From NCBI GenBank assembly GCA_049609145.1, contig JBMYYF010000003.1, positions 152,256 through 216,255 on the forward strand: a DNA stretch of 64,000 nt, in the 5' to 3' direction. The notes below the pieces were generated by a model, which was given only the letters and a program-made list of their open reading frames with translations, was not told the DNA's origin and did not search any database. This DNA comes from Alphaproteobacteria bacterium. Its GTDB lineage: Bacteria > Pseudomonadota > Alphaproteobacteria > SPJN01. The translations under genes and the position numbers were made by a program. Positions 52,278-60,687 of this stretch are shown here, piece by piece; within the stretch, counting starts at the first letter, position 1, and every line of letters begins with the position of its first letter.

Positions 52278-53243
52278 CTATTCGGCGGCGGCCGCCGCCT
52301 CACCCTTCAGATCAGCGACCAAGGCGGGGTCTGCCTCATCTGCCAAATGGCCTTGCACAAAAGTGCCAATGGTTTTGATCGCCCGCTTACCTTCCGGCAA
52401 AAACCGCGCCAGCACCGGGAACACGTGTGGCATGCCGGGCCAGATCTCCAGCGCCACCGGCACCCCTGCGCGTTTCAGCTTGGCCGCAAGGCGACGGCTG
52501 TCGTCTAACAGCACTTCCGGCTCCCCCACTTGGATCAAGGTTGGCGGCAAGCCAACATGATTGCCGTAATGAGGTGACGCATAGGGTGTTTCAGGGTCTT
52601 GGCCTTGCAAATAGTGCTCTCCGGTTTCAACCAAACGATCACCGGGGATCATCAGGTCTGACGCCAGATTGGTCACGACCGTATCACCCGTACCGGCAAG
52701 GTCGGTCCATGGGGACAAACCAATCGCGCAGGCAGGTAAGGGAATGCCTTCATCACGCATACGCAATAGGGAACCGAAGGTCAGACCGCCACCGGCACTA
52801 TCACCACCAATGGCGATGGCCTCAGAGCGATAGCCTTGTTCCAGCAGCCAGTTATAGGCGGCAATGGCATCGTCCACCGCGGCCGGGAAAGGGGCCTCCG
52901 GCGCCAAACGATAATCAATGGCCAATACGCGTGCACCCGCGGCTTTGGACAAGCGCCACAGCAAATCTTTGTGGGTCGTATCCGGCGCGCCGAAAATATA
53001 GCCGCCGCCATGCAGATAATAGAACACGCGGTTGGGGTCGACCCCTTCGGCATTAACCCAAAAGGCTTTCACACCACCGGCCGAAACTTCTTCAACCTTG
53101 CCGCCCTTGGGCCATTTGCCCGGCGCAGTGCGGGCATTAATTGCCTCGCGCAAGGCTGCAGGCTCCAAGCCGTTTTCCTTATGAATTTGCCGTTTAACTG
53201 TCAGCCGCATTACCAGCCGCACCAAAGATGCCCGAATGCTCAT
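52278..53243 (-). CDS. alpha/beta hydrolase (HSL-type esterase/lipase family)
   Basis: HGGGY oxyanion motif, GDSAGG nucleophile elbow. Confidence 0.75.
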   Translation of the reverse strand: MSIRASLVRLVMRLTVKRQIHKENGLEPAALREAINARTAPGKWPKGGKVEEVSAGGVKAFWVNAEGVDPNRVFYYLHGGGYIFGAPDTTHKDLLWRLSKAAGARVLAIDYRLAPEAPFPAAVDDAIAAYNWLLEQGYRSEAIAIGGDSAGGGLTFGSLLRMRDEGIPLPACAIGLSPWTDLAGTGDTVVTNLASDLMIPGDRLVETGEHYLQGQDPETPYASPHYGNHVGLPPTLIQVGEPEVLLDDSRRLAAKLKRAGVPVALEIWPGMPHVFPVLARFLPEGKRAIKTIGTFVQGHLADEADPALVADLKGEAAAAAE

Positions 53244-53362
53244 GTCCTAATTCTCCCAAATTTCTGCGGTGCTTATACGCCCTACAGCGGCAAAAAACAA
53301 AGCGGGCGGAACTGCCGCAGCATTTTCCGGCCACAAGCCTATATGCGCCCTCTTCGCGCTAT

Positions 53363-53390
53363 TGACAAGATGTCAGCAAGACATAAATTG
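53363..53390 (+). promoter_or_regulatory. candidate sigma70-like promoter (TTGACA-N16-TAAATT) with embedded ATGTC-N5-GACAT palindrome
   Basis: located 36-63 nt upstream of the 53426 start, in a divergent intergenic region. Confidence 0.3.
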
Positions 53391-53425
53391 GATGCTAGAG
53401 GGTTTACTCTAAAGGAAAAGCAAAA

Positions 53426-54271
53426 ATGACACCGAATACCGCTCACCGCGACCAGCCTATTCCGCCGCGGAATATCAAATTCGACCTTGACGATGACTGC
53501 CCCCGCGATTGGTACGACAACGACCCCGCCATCTCCCGTTTCTTTGATGGCATGTCCATCGTATTCCCCGAAGGCGAGCGCTTTTTTATTGAGGCCGTAC
53601 GCCACTACAAGGACCGCGTTGACGATCCACGCCTGCTGGAGCAAATGCGGGGCTTCATTGCGCAAGAAGCGATCCATGGCCGGGAGCACGAAGTCTACAA
53701 CGAGCTGATGCAGAAAAATGGCCTGCCGCAAAAAAAGCTGGATGCCCAGTTCATGTGGCTGATCACCCGCGCCCGCAAAATTCTGCCTTGGAAGGCCAAG
53801 CTTGCCGGCACCTGTGCCGCAGAACATTACACGGCAATGTTGGCTGACTCCGTTCTCTCCGACCCGACATGGAACGAAAAAACTCATCCCGTATATCGTG
53901 ATCTTTGGAACTGGCATGCCGTGGAAGAAACCGAGCACAAATCGGTGGCCTATGATGTTTACCAAACTGTCCACACGGGTTGGAAAGGCTATCTACAACG
54001 CATCTTCTCCTACACCATGGTCTTGATTGTGCTGAACATTCGCTTCGCCTACCATTGGATTACACTGATGCGCTCTACGGGTGATCTGAACCTCAAGGCA
54101 GTTGGCCGCCTGTTCTGGTTCATCTGGGGCAAGCCGGGCCTGTATCGCCGCCAACTTGGGCAAGCCCTGGCCTATTACAAACCAAGCTATCACCCATGGG
54201 ATCACGACAACCGCGAACAAGTAGAGGCGTGGAAAGAAATCAGCGCCCCTGAGCTGATGGCAGCCGAATAG
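53426..54271 (+). CDS. predicted metal-dependent hydrolase (PF10118-like)
   Basis: ISRFFDGMSIVFPEGERFFIEAVR...HGREH...HAVEETEH His/Glu-rich pattern; family assignment from memory. Confidence 0.5.
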   Translation: MTPNTAHRDQPIPPRNIKFDLDDDCPRDWYDNDPAISRFFDGMSIVFPEGERFFIEAVRHYKDRVDDPRLLEQMRGFIAQEAIHGREHEVYNELMQKNGLPQKKLDAQFMWLITRARKILPWKAKLAGTCAAEHYTAMLADSVLSDPTWNEKTHPVYRDLWNWHAVEETEHKSVAYDVYQTVHTGWKGYLQRIFSYTMVLIVLNIRFAYHWITLMRSTGDLNLKAVGRLFWFIWGKPGLYRRQLGQALAYYKPSYHPWDHDNREQVEAWKEISAPELMAAE

Positions 54272-54355
54272 ACAAGGCGGCTCACCCAAGGCAAATCACA
54301 TGCTATACTGTGGCTCGGTACATCACCGGGCCACACGCACAATGAGGGAAAGACA

Positions 54356-55195
54356 ATGACAAAAATCAAAGACAAAGTGGCAATCGTCACCGGCGCTGCC
54401 AGTGGTATGGGCCGGGATCTGGCTGTTCAACTGGCAGAACGCGGTGCAAAGGCCGTTGTGATTTGCGACGTGAACGAAGCTGAGCTTGCCAAAACCGAAG
54501 AAATGGTGAAACGCCTGCAAGTGCCAGTACTGTCCCGCAAGGTAGACGTGGCCGATCGCACTGCCGTTGAAACCTTGGCAGAAGACACGATTAGCCAGTT
54601 TGGCGGCGTGGACCTTATGTTCAACAATGCCGGGGTCGCCACAGGCTCCACCGCGCAAGATGCCAAATATGAAGACATTGAATGGCTGATGGGCATTAAT
54701 TTCTGGGGCGTGATCTATGGCACCAAAGCTGTATTGAACCACATGCTGGAAAAAGGTGAAGGCCATATCATCAACACCTCCTCCATCTTTGGCTTTATCG
54801 GTGTGCCTTCGCAAACCGCCTATTGCGCCGCCAAATTTGGCGTGCGCGGCTATACCGAAAGCCTGATCCACGAACTTGAAGGGCTGGACGTTCATGCCAC
54901 CACCGTTCACCCCGGCGGCATTAAAACCAACATTGCAGCCAATGCGCGCATGGACCCCACCACGGGCGTTGATAAAGCAGATGCTGCCGCCAATTTTGAA
55001 AAGCTGGCGCGCACCACATCAGCCGATGCAGCGAAGGTTATTTTGAACGGTGTTGAAAAGAACAAAAAGCGTGTCATGATTGGCGGCGACGCACATGTGA
55101 TCACACGCATGGTACGCTACTTCCCGCGCACCTATTATTGGATTTTGGGCCGCATGGGTAAACGCGCGCGCGCCGAACTAAAAAACGCAGGGTAG
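54356..55195 (+). CDS. SDR family oxidoreductase
   Basis: TGAASGMG, NNAG, YCAAK catalytic motifs. Confidence 0.8.
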   Translation: MTKIKDKVAIVTGAASGMGRDLAVQLAERGAKAVVICDVNEAELAKTEEMVKRLQVPVLSRKVDVADRTAVETLAEDTISQFGGVDLMFNNAGVATGSTAQDAKYEDIEWLMGINFWGVIYGTKAVLNHMLEKGEGHIINTSSIFGFIGVPSQTAYCAAKFGVRGYTESLIHELEGLDVHATTVHPGGIKTNIAANARMDPTTGVDKADAAANFEKLARTTSADAAKVILNGVEKNKKRVMIGGDAHVITRMVRYFPRTYYWILGRMGKRARAELKNAG

Positions 55196-55217
55196 TGCCG
55201 CTTTCCGGTATCCCCTG

Positions 55218-56096
55218 TTGCACGATGGGGGATACCGATTGTTTGATACACTGATTGATGGCCTTGCCTTTGGGGAAGGCCCACGCTGGCACGAAGGTGA
55301 GCAGCGCCTTTATTTCTCTGACATGCATGCAGGCCAGGTTCTCGCCGTTGATGGTGATGGCAATGTGGACCTGATTGCCGAAGTTGAGAACGATCCCTCC
55401 GGCCTTGGTTGGTTGCCCGATGGCCGTTTGCTGATTGTCTCCATGAAAGACCGCAAGCTGCTGGTGCAAGAGACAAGCGGCGACTTAACCATCCATGCGG
55501 ACTTATCCGATATTGCTACTTTCCATTGCAACGACATGGTGGTTGATAATCAAGGCCGCGCTTATGTGGGTAATTTTGGTTTCGATCTTCACGCCGCCCA
55601 AAAAGGCAGCTTCCAACCTGCCACGTTGGCGATTGTCGATCTCGATGGCACGGCACAGGCAGGGCCAGCGGACATGTATTTTCCCAATGGCTCTGTTATC
55701 ACTGATGACGGTAAAACCCTTGTAGTGGCAGAAACATTTGCGGGCCGCCTTGCTGAGTTTGATATCGCAGCCGATGGCAGCCTTTCCAATCGCCGTGTGT
55801 GGGCCAACCTGCCGGAGGGCATAACGCCTGATGGCATAGCCATGGATATTGCGGGCGACATTTGGGTGACATGCCCTTCTTCCGGCAAAGTCTATTTGAT
55901 TGAAGAAGGCGGCGCGGTGAAAGAAACGCTTGCCCCCAGCCAAAACCCCTTTGCTTGTATGTTGGGCGGGCCGGATGGCAAAACGCTGTTTGTGCTTACC
56001 GCTACTGATTCTCACCCAGACAAAGCCAAGACTTCCCGCTCCGGCAAACTTGAAGTCACCCGTGTCGCCGCAGGCAGAGGATATGCCAAACCATGA
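55218..56096 (+). CDS. SMP-30/gluconolactonase/LRE family lactonase
   Basis: GEGPRWHEG...LYFSD N-terminus and six-blade propeller pattern; only TTG/CTG in-frame starts are available. Confidence 0.7.
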   Translation: MHDGGYRLFDTLIDGLAFGEGPRWHEGEQRLYFSDMHAGQVLAVDGDGNVDLIAEVENDPSGLGWLPDGRLLIVSMKDRKLLVQETSGDLTIHADLSDIATFHCNDMVVDNQGRAYVGNFGFDLHAAQKGSFQPATLAIVDLDGTAQAGPADMYFPNGSVITDDGKTLVVAETFAGRLAEFDIAADGSLSNRRVWANLPEGITPDGIAMDIAGDIWVTCPSSGKVYLIEEGGAVKETLAPSQNPFACMLGGPDGKTLFVLTATDSHPDKAKTSRSGKLEVTRVAAGRGYAKP

Positions 56097-57193
56097 CCAA
56101 GCGTACCGACATCCCCACACCCGCCATGATCCTTGATCTAGACGCCTTCGAGCGCAATGTCGCCAAAATGGCTAATCATTGCGCGGCGAATGGTATGGCG
56201 CTGCGGCCTCATGCGAAAACCCATAAGTCAGCCGATATCGCCAAAGCACAAATCAAAGCAGGTGCCGTTGGGGTGTGCTGCGCCAAGCTGGCAGAAGCTG
56301 AAGCACTGGCGGCGGCGGGTATTCAAGACATCCTCCTCACCTCTCCCATCGTGACTGATAATAGTCATGCGCGCGCGGTGGCGCTGGCACAAAAAATCGA
56401 ACGATTGGCCGTGACGGTTGATTATCCAGATGTCGCTGCCCGCCTTGCAGATGCCGCAAAGGCCGCGGGCCTTACCCTGCCCGTATTGGTCGACTTGAAT
56501 GTCGGCACCATGCGCACAGGTATTTTTCCCGGTCAGCTTTCCACCGCCTTGGCGCAACAGATTGATGCCGCACCAGCCCTTTCGTTTGAGGGTTTCCAAG
56601 CCTATGCAGGCCACTTGATGCATCTTGCCACCAAGCAAGAACGTGCCAATGGCAATCAAGACGCTATGGCGCAAATGCAGGTCGCCATTAAGGCCGCACA
56701 GGCTGCCGGACTTGATCCCGCCATTCTCACCGGCGGCGGCACGGGCACATACAACATTGAACCGGACAGCGGCGTACTGAATGAACTGCAAGCAGGCAGC
56801 TATATCTTTATGGACAAGGAATATGGTGATGTGGCGGGCAATGACTGGCAGGACATTGCGTTTGAGCCCTCCCTCTTTATCGACACCACAGTGATCAGCG
56901 CCAACAATCCGGGCTTTGTCACCACCGATGCGGGCTTTAAAAGCTTCGCCATGGATGGCCCAAAACCTGCCCTTTATAGAGGTGTGGAGGGCGCGAAATA
57001 TTTCTTCATGGGCGATGAGCATGGCGGCATCACGGTGCCCGAAGGTGCAGAACAGCCCGTGCCCGGCACGCGCTTTGCCACCATCGTGCCCCACTGCGAT
57101 CCCACGGTGAATTTGTACGACAATTATCACTGTGTGCGGGGCGATGACCTTGAGGCTGTTTGGCCTGTTACCGCACGGGGCAAAAGCCAATGA
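56093..57193 (+). CDS. DSD1-family PLP-dependent enzyme (alanine racemase-like N-domain / D-serine dehydratase-like C-domain)
   Basis: PAMILDLDAFERN...LRPHAKTHK PLP-lysine region; ATGA overlap with upstream and downstream genes. Confidence 0.65.
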   Translation: MTKRTDIPTPAMILDLDAFERNVAKMANHCAANGMALRPHAKTHKSADIAKAQIKAGAVGVCCAKLAEAEALAAAGIQDILLTSPIVTDNSHARAVALAQKIERLAVTVDYPDVAARLADAAKAAGLTLPVLVDLNVGTMRTGIFPGQLSTALAQQIDAAPALSFEGFQAYAGHLMHLATKQERANGNQDAMAQMQVAIKAAQAAGLDPAILTGGGTGTYNIEPDSGVLNELQAGSYIFMDKEYGDVAGNDWQDIAFEPSLFIDTTVISANNPGFVTTDAGFKSFAMDGPKPALYRGVEGAKYFFMGDEHGGITVPEGAEQPVPGTRFATIVPHCDPTVNLYDNYHCVRGDDLEAVWPVTARGKSQ

Positions 57194-58476
57194 CCAAAGC
57201 AACAATTGAAGGCTGGCAAAACTGGTCCGGTGGACAAAGCGCAGCGCCAGCCCGCATCTTCAAACCGCAAAGCGCGGCGGAGTTAGCAGCAGCCTTACCC
57301 GATCTGCCAACACCCATTCGCCCTGTCGGTTCAGGCCATTCCTTCACGCCCTTGGTACCCACCGATGGCACCATCATAGACATCGCCGCCCTGAACGGCA
57401 TCGTGCGGGTTGATGGCACACAGGCAACACTGCGCGCCGGATCACAATTGCGCACCATCGGCGCTGCCATGCGTGAACGTGACCTCGCGTTCAAAAATCA
57501 GGGCGATATTGACCACCAAACAATTGGTGGCGCGCTTGGCACCGGCACCCATGGCACCGGGCTTAGCCATGGCAGCTTCTCTGACACGTTGATCGGCTGT
57601 TCTTTTCTGTTGGCCGATGGCACGAAATGGCAGCCATCAAATGAAGATGAATTGAATGCCGCGCGGGTTTCCGTCGGCACCCTTGGGCTGATGACCGAGG
57701 CCACGCTTGATCTAACCCCAGCCTATGATCTGGCGGAAGAATCCCAAGCCCTGCCTTTGGATGAAGCATTGGCGGCTGTGCATGGCAACCAGTATCGCCA
57801 TGCAGAGTTTTTCGCCTTCCCGCATGCCGACAATGTGATCCTAAAAACATTGGATATTGCAACCAACGCCCATGACGATTGGCCGGATGCTGAGCCATTG
57901 CCGCAGATTGATGAAGAAACAACAGAAGATGTGATGTTCAAATCTGCCGCAACGACACTCCGGTTTTTTCCCAATCTCGCCCCGGCCCTGCATCAATCCC
58001 TGATGGCGGGCATTGGGGTGGATCGACGCAAAGGCCCCTCCAATCTCATCTTCCCCAGCCCGCGCAATGCCCGCTTCAATGAGATGGAATATGCTGTACC
58101 CCTGTCACAAGGGCCAAACGCGATACGCGCGGTAATTGCCGCCATGCGTGAGGAAGGGCCTGCCTGTATGTGGCCGGTGGAATATCGCACCCTGCCCGCT
58201 TCCACCGCGTGGCTATCACCCGCCTTTGAGCGCGATAGCGTCACCATCTCCATCCACCAATATGGCCCAGTAAACCCCAAACCGCTTTTCGGCCTGATCG
58301 AGCCGCTTCTACGCAAATTTGAAGGTCGGCCCCATTGGGGCAAAATGCATAGCTGCTCAGCACCCGATCTAAGGGCGCTTTATCCCCGCTTTGACGACTT
58401 CGGCACCTTGCGGCAAAAACTGGATCCTGAAGATCGCCTGCTTAATCCCGCTTTGGCGAACTGGCTGGCTGTCTAA
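57190..58476 (+). CDS. FAD-linked aldonolactone oxidase/dehydrogenase (GULO/ALO family)
   Basis: NWSGGQSA...PVGSGHSF FAD-binding PCMH region and C-terminal HWGK motif of the ALO domain. Confidence 0.7.
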   Translation: MTKATIEGWQNWSGGQSAAPARIFKPQSAAELAAALPDLPTPIRPVGSGHSFTPLVPTDGTIIDIAALNGIVRVDGTQATLRAGSQLRTIGAAMRERDLAFKNQGDIDHQTIGGALGTGTHGTGLSHGSFSDTLIGCSFLLADGTKWQPSNEDELNAARVSVGTLGLMTEATLDLTPAYDLAEESQALPLDEALAAVHGNQYRHAEFFAFPHADNVILKTLDIATNAHDDWPDAEPLPQIDEETTEDVMFKSAATTLRFFPNLAPALHQSLMAGIGVDRRKGPSNLIFPSPRNARFNEMEYAVPLSQGPNAIRAVIAAMREEGPACMWPVEYRTLPASTAWLSPAFERDSVTISIHQYGPVNPKPLFGLIEPLLRKFEGRPHWGKMHSCSAPDLRALYPRFDDFGTLRQKLDPEDRLLNPALANWLAV

Positions 58477-58846
58477 CCAGCAGCCACATATGAATGGCCG
58501 CAACCAGCCCTGCACCGAAAACGGTGATGGTTTCCACGGGCGGCACAAATTCGTATTTGGGATGATCGTTCAGCAGGAAATGCGCGATCGCGTGGCCAAC
58601 CATAATCGCATCAAGTATCAATTGATTACGGCGGCGCGCCTTGGCGTTTCCATGCCCGCCCATCCAGTACATTACCCCGAACATAGGAATATGCAGCAAA
58701 ATGAATGCCTGCATGGCGGCCTTGTCGTCCATGCCACTTAATACTGGTAGCAAACGCCATTCATGACGGATCATGGCGTCCAGCTCATGGGTCGCCAGCA
58801 AAGCCAGCGCCAGACAAAACAGTGGCCACCCGAAACGATCAAGCAT
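58442..58846 (-). CDS. hypothetical integral membrane protein
   Basis: 4 predicted TM helices; start moved to MLDRFGW because the upstream 33 nt form a terminator hairpin. Confidence 0.4.
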   Translation of the reverse strand: MLDRFGWPLFCLALALLATHELDAMIRHEWRLLPVLSGMDDKAAMQAFILLHIPMFGVMYWMGGHGNAKARRRNQLILDAIMVGHAIAHFLLNDHPKYEFVPPVETITVFGAGLVAAIHMWLLVRQPASSPKRD

Positions 58847-58852
58847 GATGCT

Positions 58853-58896
58853 ACCCCCAAAAGAAAACGGCACGGTCATTTTACATGACCATGCCG
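58853..58896 (-). terminator. rho-independent terminator downstream of the DUF4170 gene
   Basis: 12-bp stem CGGCATGGTCAT/ATGACCGTGCCG (one mismatch) followed by TTTTCTTTTGGGGG on the minus strand. Confidence 0.5.
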
Positions 58897-58950
58897 CAAT
58901 GTCATTGCAAGGAACGCTAAAAAACGCTCCCTTCTTAAACCGCTAAGGGG

Positions 58951-59148
58951 TTAAACGCGTACCGGCTCTTCAGCTATGGTAAAGCGTACCAAGGCACGCC
59001 CGGCAGAGCCCGAAAGGCGTTTCCATTCTTCCAGCGCTTCGTCGCGCGCATAGAACGGCCCTGCAATCGTGCCGGTGCCTTCCTTCAACGCTTCGAAGTT
59101 GGAGTTGGTGTATTCCCCACCCACAACCCAATACTTCTTCGCAGGCAT
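58951..59148 (-). CDS. DUF4170 domain-containing protein
   Basis: 65 aa MPAKKYWVVGGEYTNSNFE... family; AGGAGA RBS. Confidence 0.5.
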   Translation of the reverse strand: MPAKKYWVVGGEYTNSNFEALKEGTGTIAGPFYARDEALEEWKRLSGSAGRALVRFTIAEEPVRV

Positions 59149-59170
59149 ATCGTTATCTCCTGTTACGTTT

Positions 59171-59207
59171 CAAGAAAAGCGGGGCGGCGGGTTTACGCCA
59201 CCGCCCC
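59171..59207 (-). terminator. rho-independent terminator downstream of aceA
   Basis: GGGGCGGTGGCG-TAAA-CCCGCCGCCCC hairpin followed by GCTTTTCTT on the minus strand. Confidence 0.45.
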
Positions 59208-59217
59208 AACCTTTTGC

Positions 59218-60498
59218 TTAGTCTTTAAACTGAGCGGACTCGGTTGATTCACCCAGCGCCGTGGTGGAGCTTTCGCCACCAGCCGCAGAAGTTGCAACCA
59301 TATCGAAGTAACCGGTACCCACTTCACGTTGGTGACGCGTTGCGGTGTAGCCGGAAGCTTCTGAAGCAAACTCAGCTTGTTGCAGTTCGGAGTAAGCAGC
59401 CATGCCGCGATCGCGGTAGGCAGAAGCCAGTTCGAACATGCCGTGGTTCAGTTGATGGAAACCAGCCAAGGTCACGAACTGGTACTTGTAGCCCATGGCG
59501 CCAAGTTCACGCTGGTATTTGGCAATGGTGTCTTTGTCCAGATTTGCTTCCCAGTTGAAGGAAGGTGAGCAGTTGTAGGCCAACAATTGGTCAGGATGCT
59601 CTTTCTTCACTTCTTCGGCAAAGCGACGGGCATCGTCCAAATTCGGAACAGATGTTTCCCACCACAGCAGGTCCGCATAGTTCGCGAATTCTTTACCGCG
59701 GGCGATACAATGATCAACGCCGGTGCCATCTTTCAAACGATAGAAGCCTTCAGCCGTACGGCCAGCATCGAAATCGATGAAGTCGTGATCGCGCTCATCA
59801 ATGTCTGACGTAATCAGCTTGGCTGATTCGGCATCGGTACGTGCCATGATCAGCGTGGGAGTACCCATAACGTCGGCGCCAAGGCGGGCCGCGTTCAAGT
59901 TACGCTCATGCTGTTTGGTGGGGATCAATACTTTACCACCCAAATGGCCACATTTCTTTTCAGATGCCAGTTGGTCTTCGTAGTGAACGCCAGCAGCGCC
60001 TGCTTCGATGTAGGCTTTCATCAGCTCAAAGCAGTTCAGCGGGCCACCGAAACCGGCTTCGGCGTCGGCCACGATGGGCAAGAACCAATCACGCTTGGCG
60101 CCACCTTCGGAATGCTCAACTTGGTCTGCACGTTGCAGGGTTTTGTTGATTTTCTTGGCCAGTTCCGGGCCTGAATTGGCGGGGTACAGGCTTTGGTCAG
60201 GGTAGGTTGTGCCTGCGGTGTTGTTATCGGCAGCAACTTGCCAACCTGAAAGGTAGATGGCTTTCAAGCCAGCGCGCGCCATTTGCATGGCTTGGTTGCC
60301 GGACAAGGCACCCAGTGAATGCACATAGTCTTCCGTGTGGATCAAATCCCACAGCTTGTTGGCACCGCGTTCGGCCAAGGTGTACTCAATGCGGAAAGAA
60401 CCGCGCAGTTTTTCAACTTCTTCCGGCGTGTAGTTACGCTTTACGTTGTCGAAGCGGCCTTCGGGCGCGCCGGGAACAAGATCGTAGAAAGTGGTCAT
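59218..60498 (-). CDS. aceA: isocitrate lyase
   Basis: KKCGH catalytic motif, ICL family throughout; start at [10 protein letters not shown] with an AAGGAG RBS. Confidence 0.9.
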   Translation of the reverse strand: MTTFYDLVPGAPEGRFDNVKRNYTPEEVEKLRGSFRIEYTLAERGANKLWDLIHTEDYVHSLGALSGNQAMQMARAGLKAIYLSGWQVAADNNTAGTTYPDQSLYPANSGPELAKKINKTLQRADQVEHSEGGAKRDWFLPIVADAEAGFGGPLNCFELMKAYIEAGAAGVHYEDQLASEKKCGHLGGKVLIPTKQHERNLNAARLGADVMGTPTLIMARTDAESAKLITSDIDERDHDFIDFDAGRTAEGFYRLKDGTGVDHCIARGKEFANYADLLWWETSVPNLDDARRFAEEVKKEHPDQLLAYNCSPSFNWEANLDKDTIAKYQRELGAMGYKYQFVTLAGFHQLNHGMFELASAYRDRGMAAYSELQQAEFASEASGYTATRHQREVGTGYFDMVATSAAGGESSTTALGESTESAQFKD

Positions 60499-60630
60499 GG
60501 GGAATACTCCTTGAATTGGACCGAGACTAATCACTCACATGATTATTGGCGCCTGATCTACGCCTGTTAGGTCAAGAACGAAAGCCAAATAAGCAAAAAT
60601 GGCTCTATAAAAAGGTTTCCGTGTATGGTG

Positions 60631-60670
60631 CTTTACATCAACACAGTGTAAAGTTGTAAATCTTGTAAAG
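60631..60670. promoter_or_regulatory. candidate operator: inverted repeat CTTTACA-N9-TGTAAAG followed by direct TGTAAA repeats
   Basis: between divergent aceA and the RamB-like regulator, 18-57 nt upstream of the regulator start. Confidence 0.35.
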
Positions 60671-60687
60671 AAACATGAGGCACGATC

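Noticed and set aside
56228-57205. 325-aa minus-strand ORF
   Set aside because: Antisense to the DSD1-like PLP enzyme gene. The plus-strand gene has conserved motifs and translational coupling with its neighbours.
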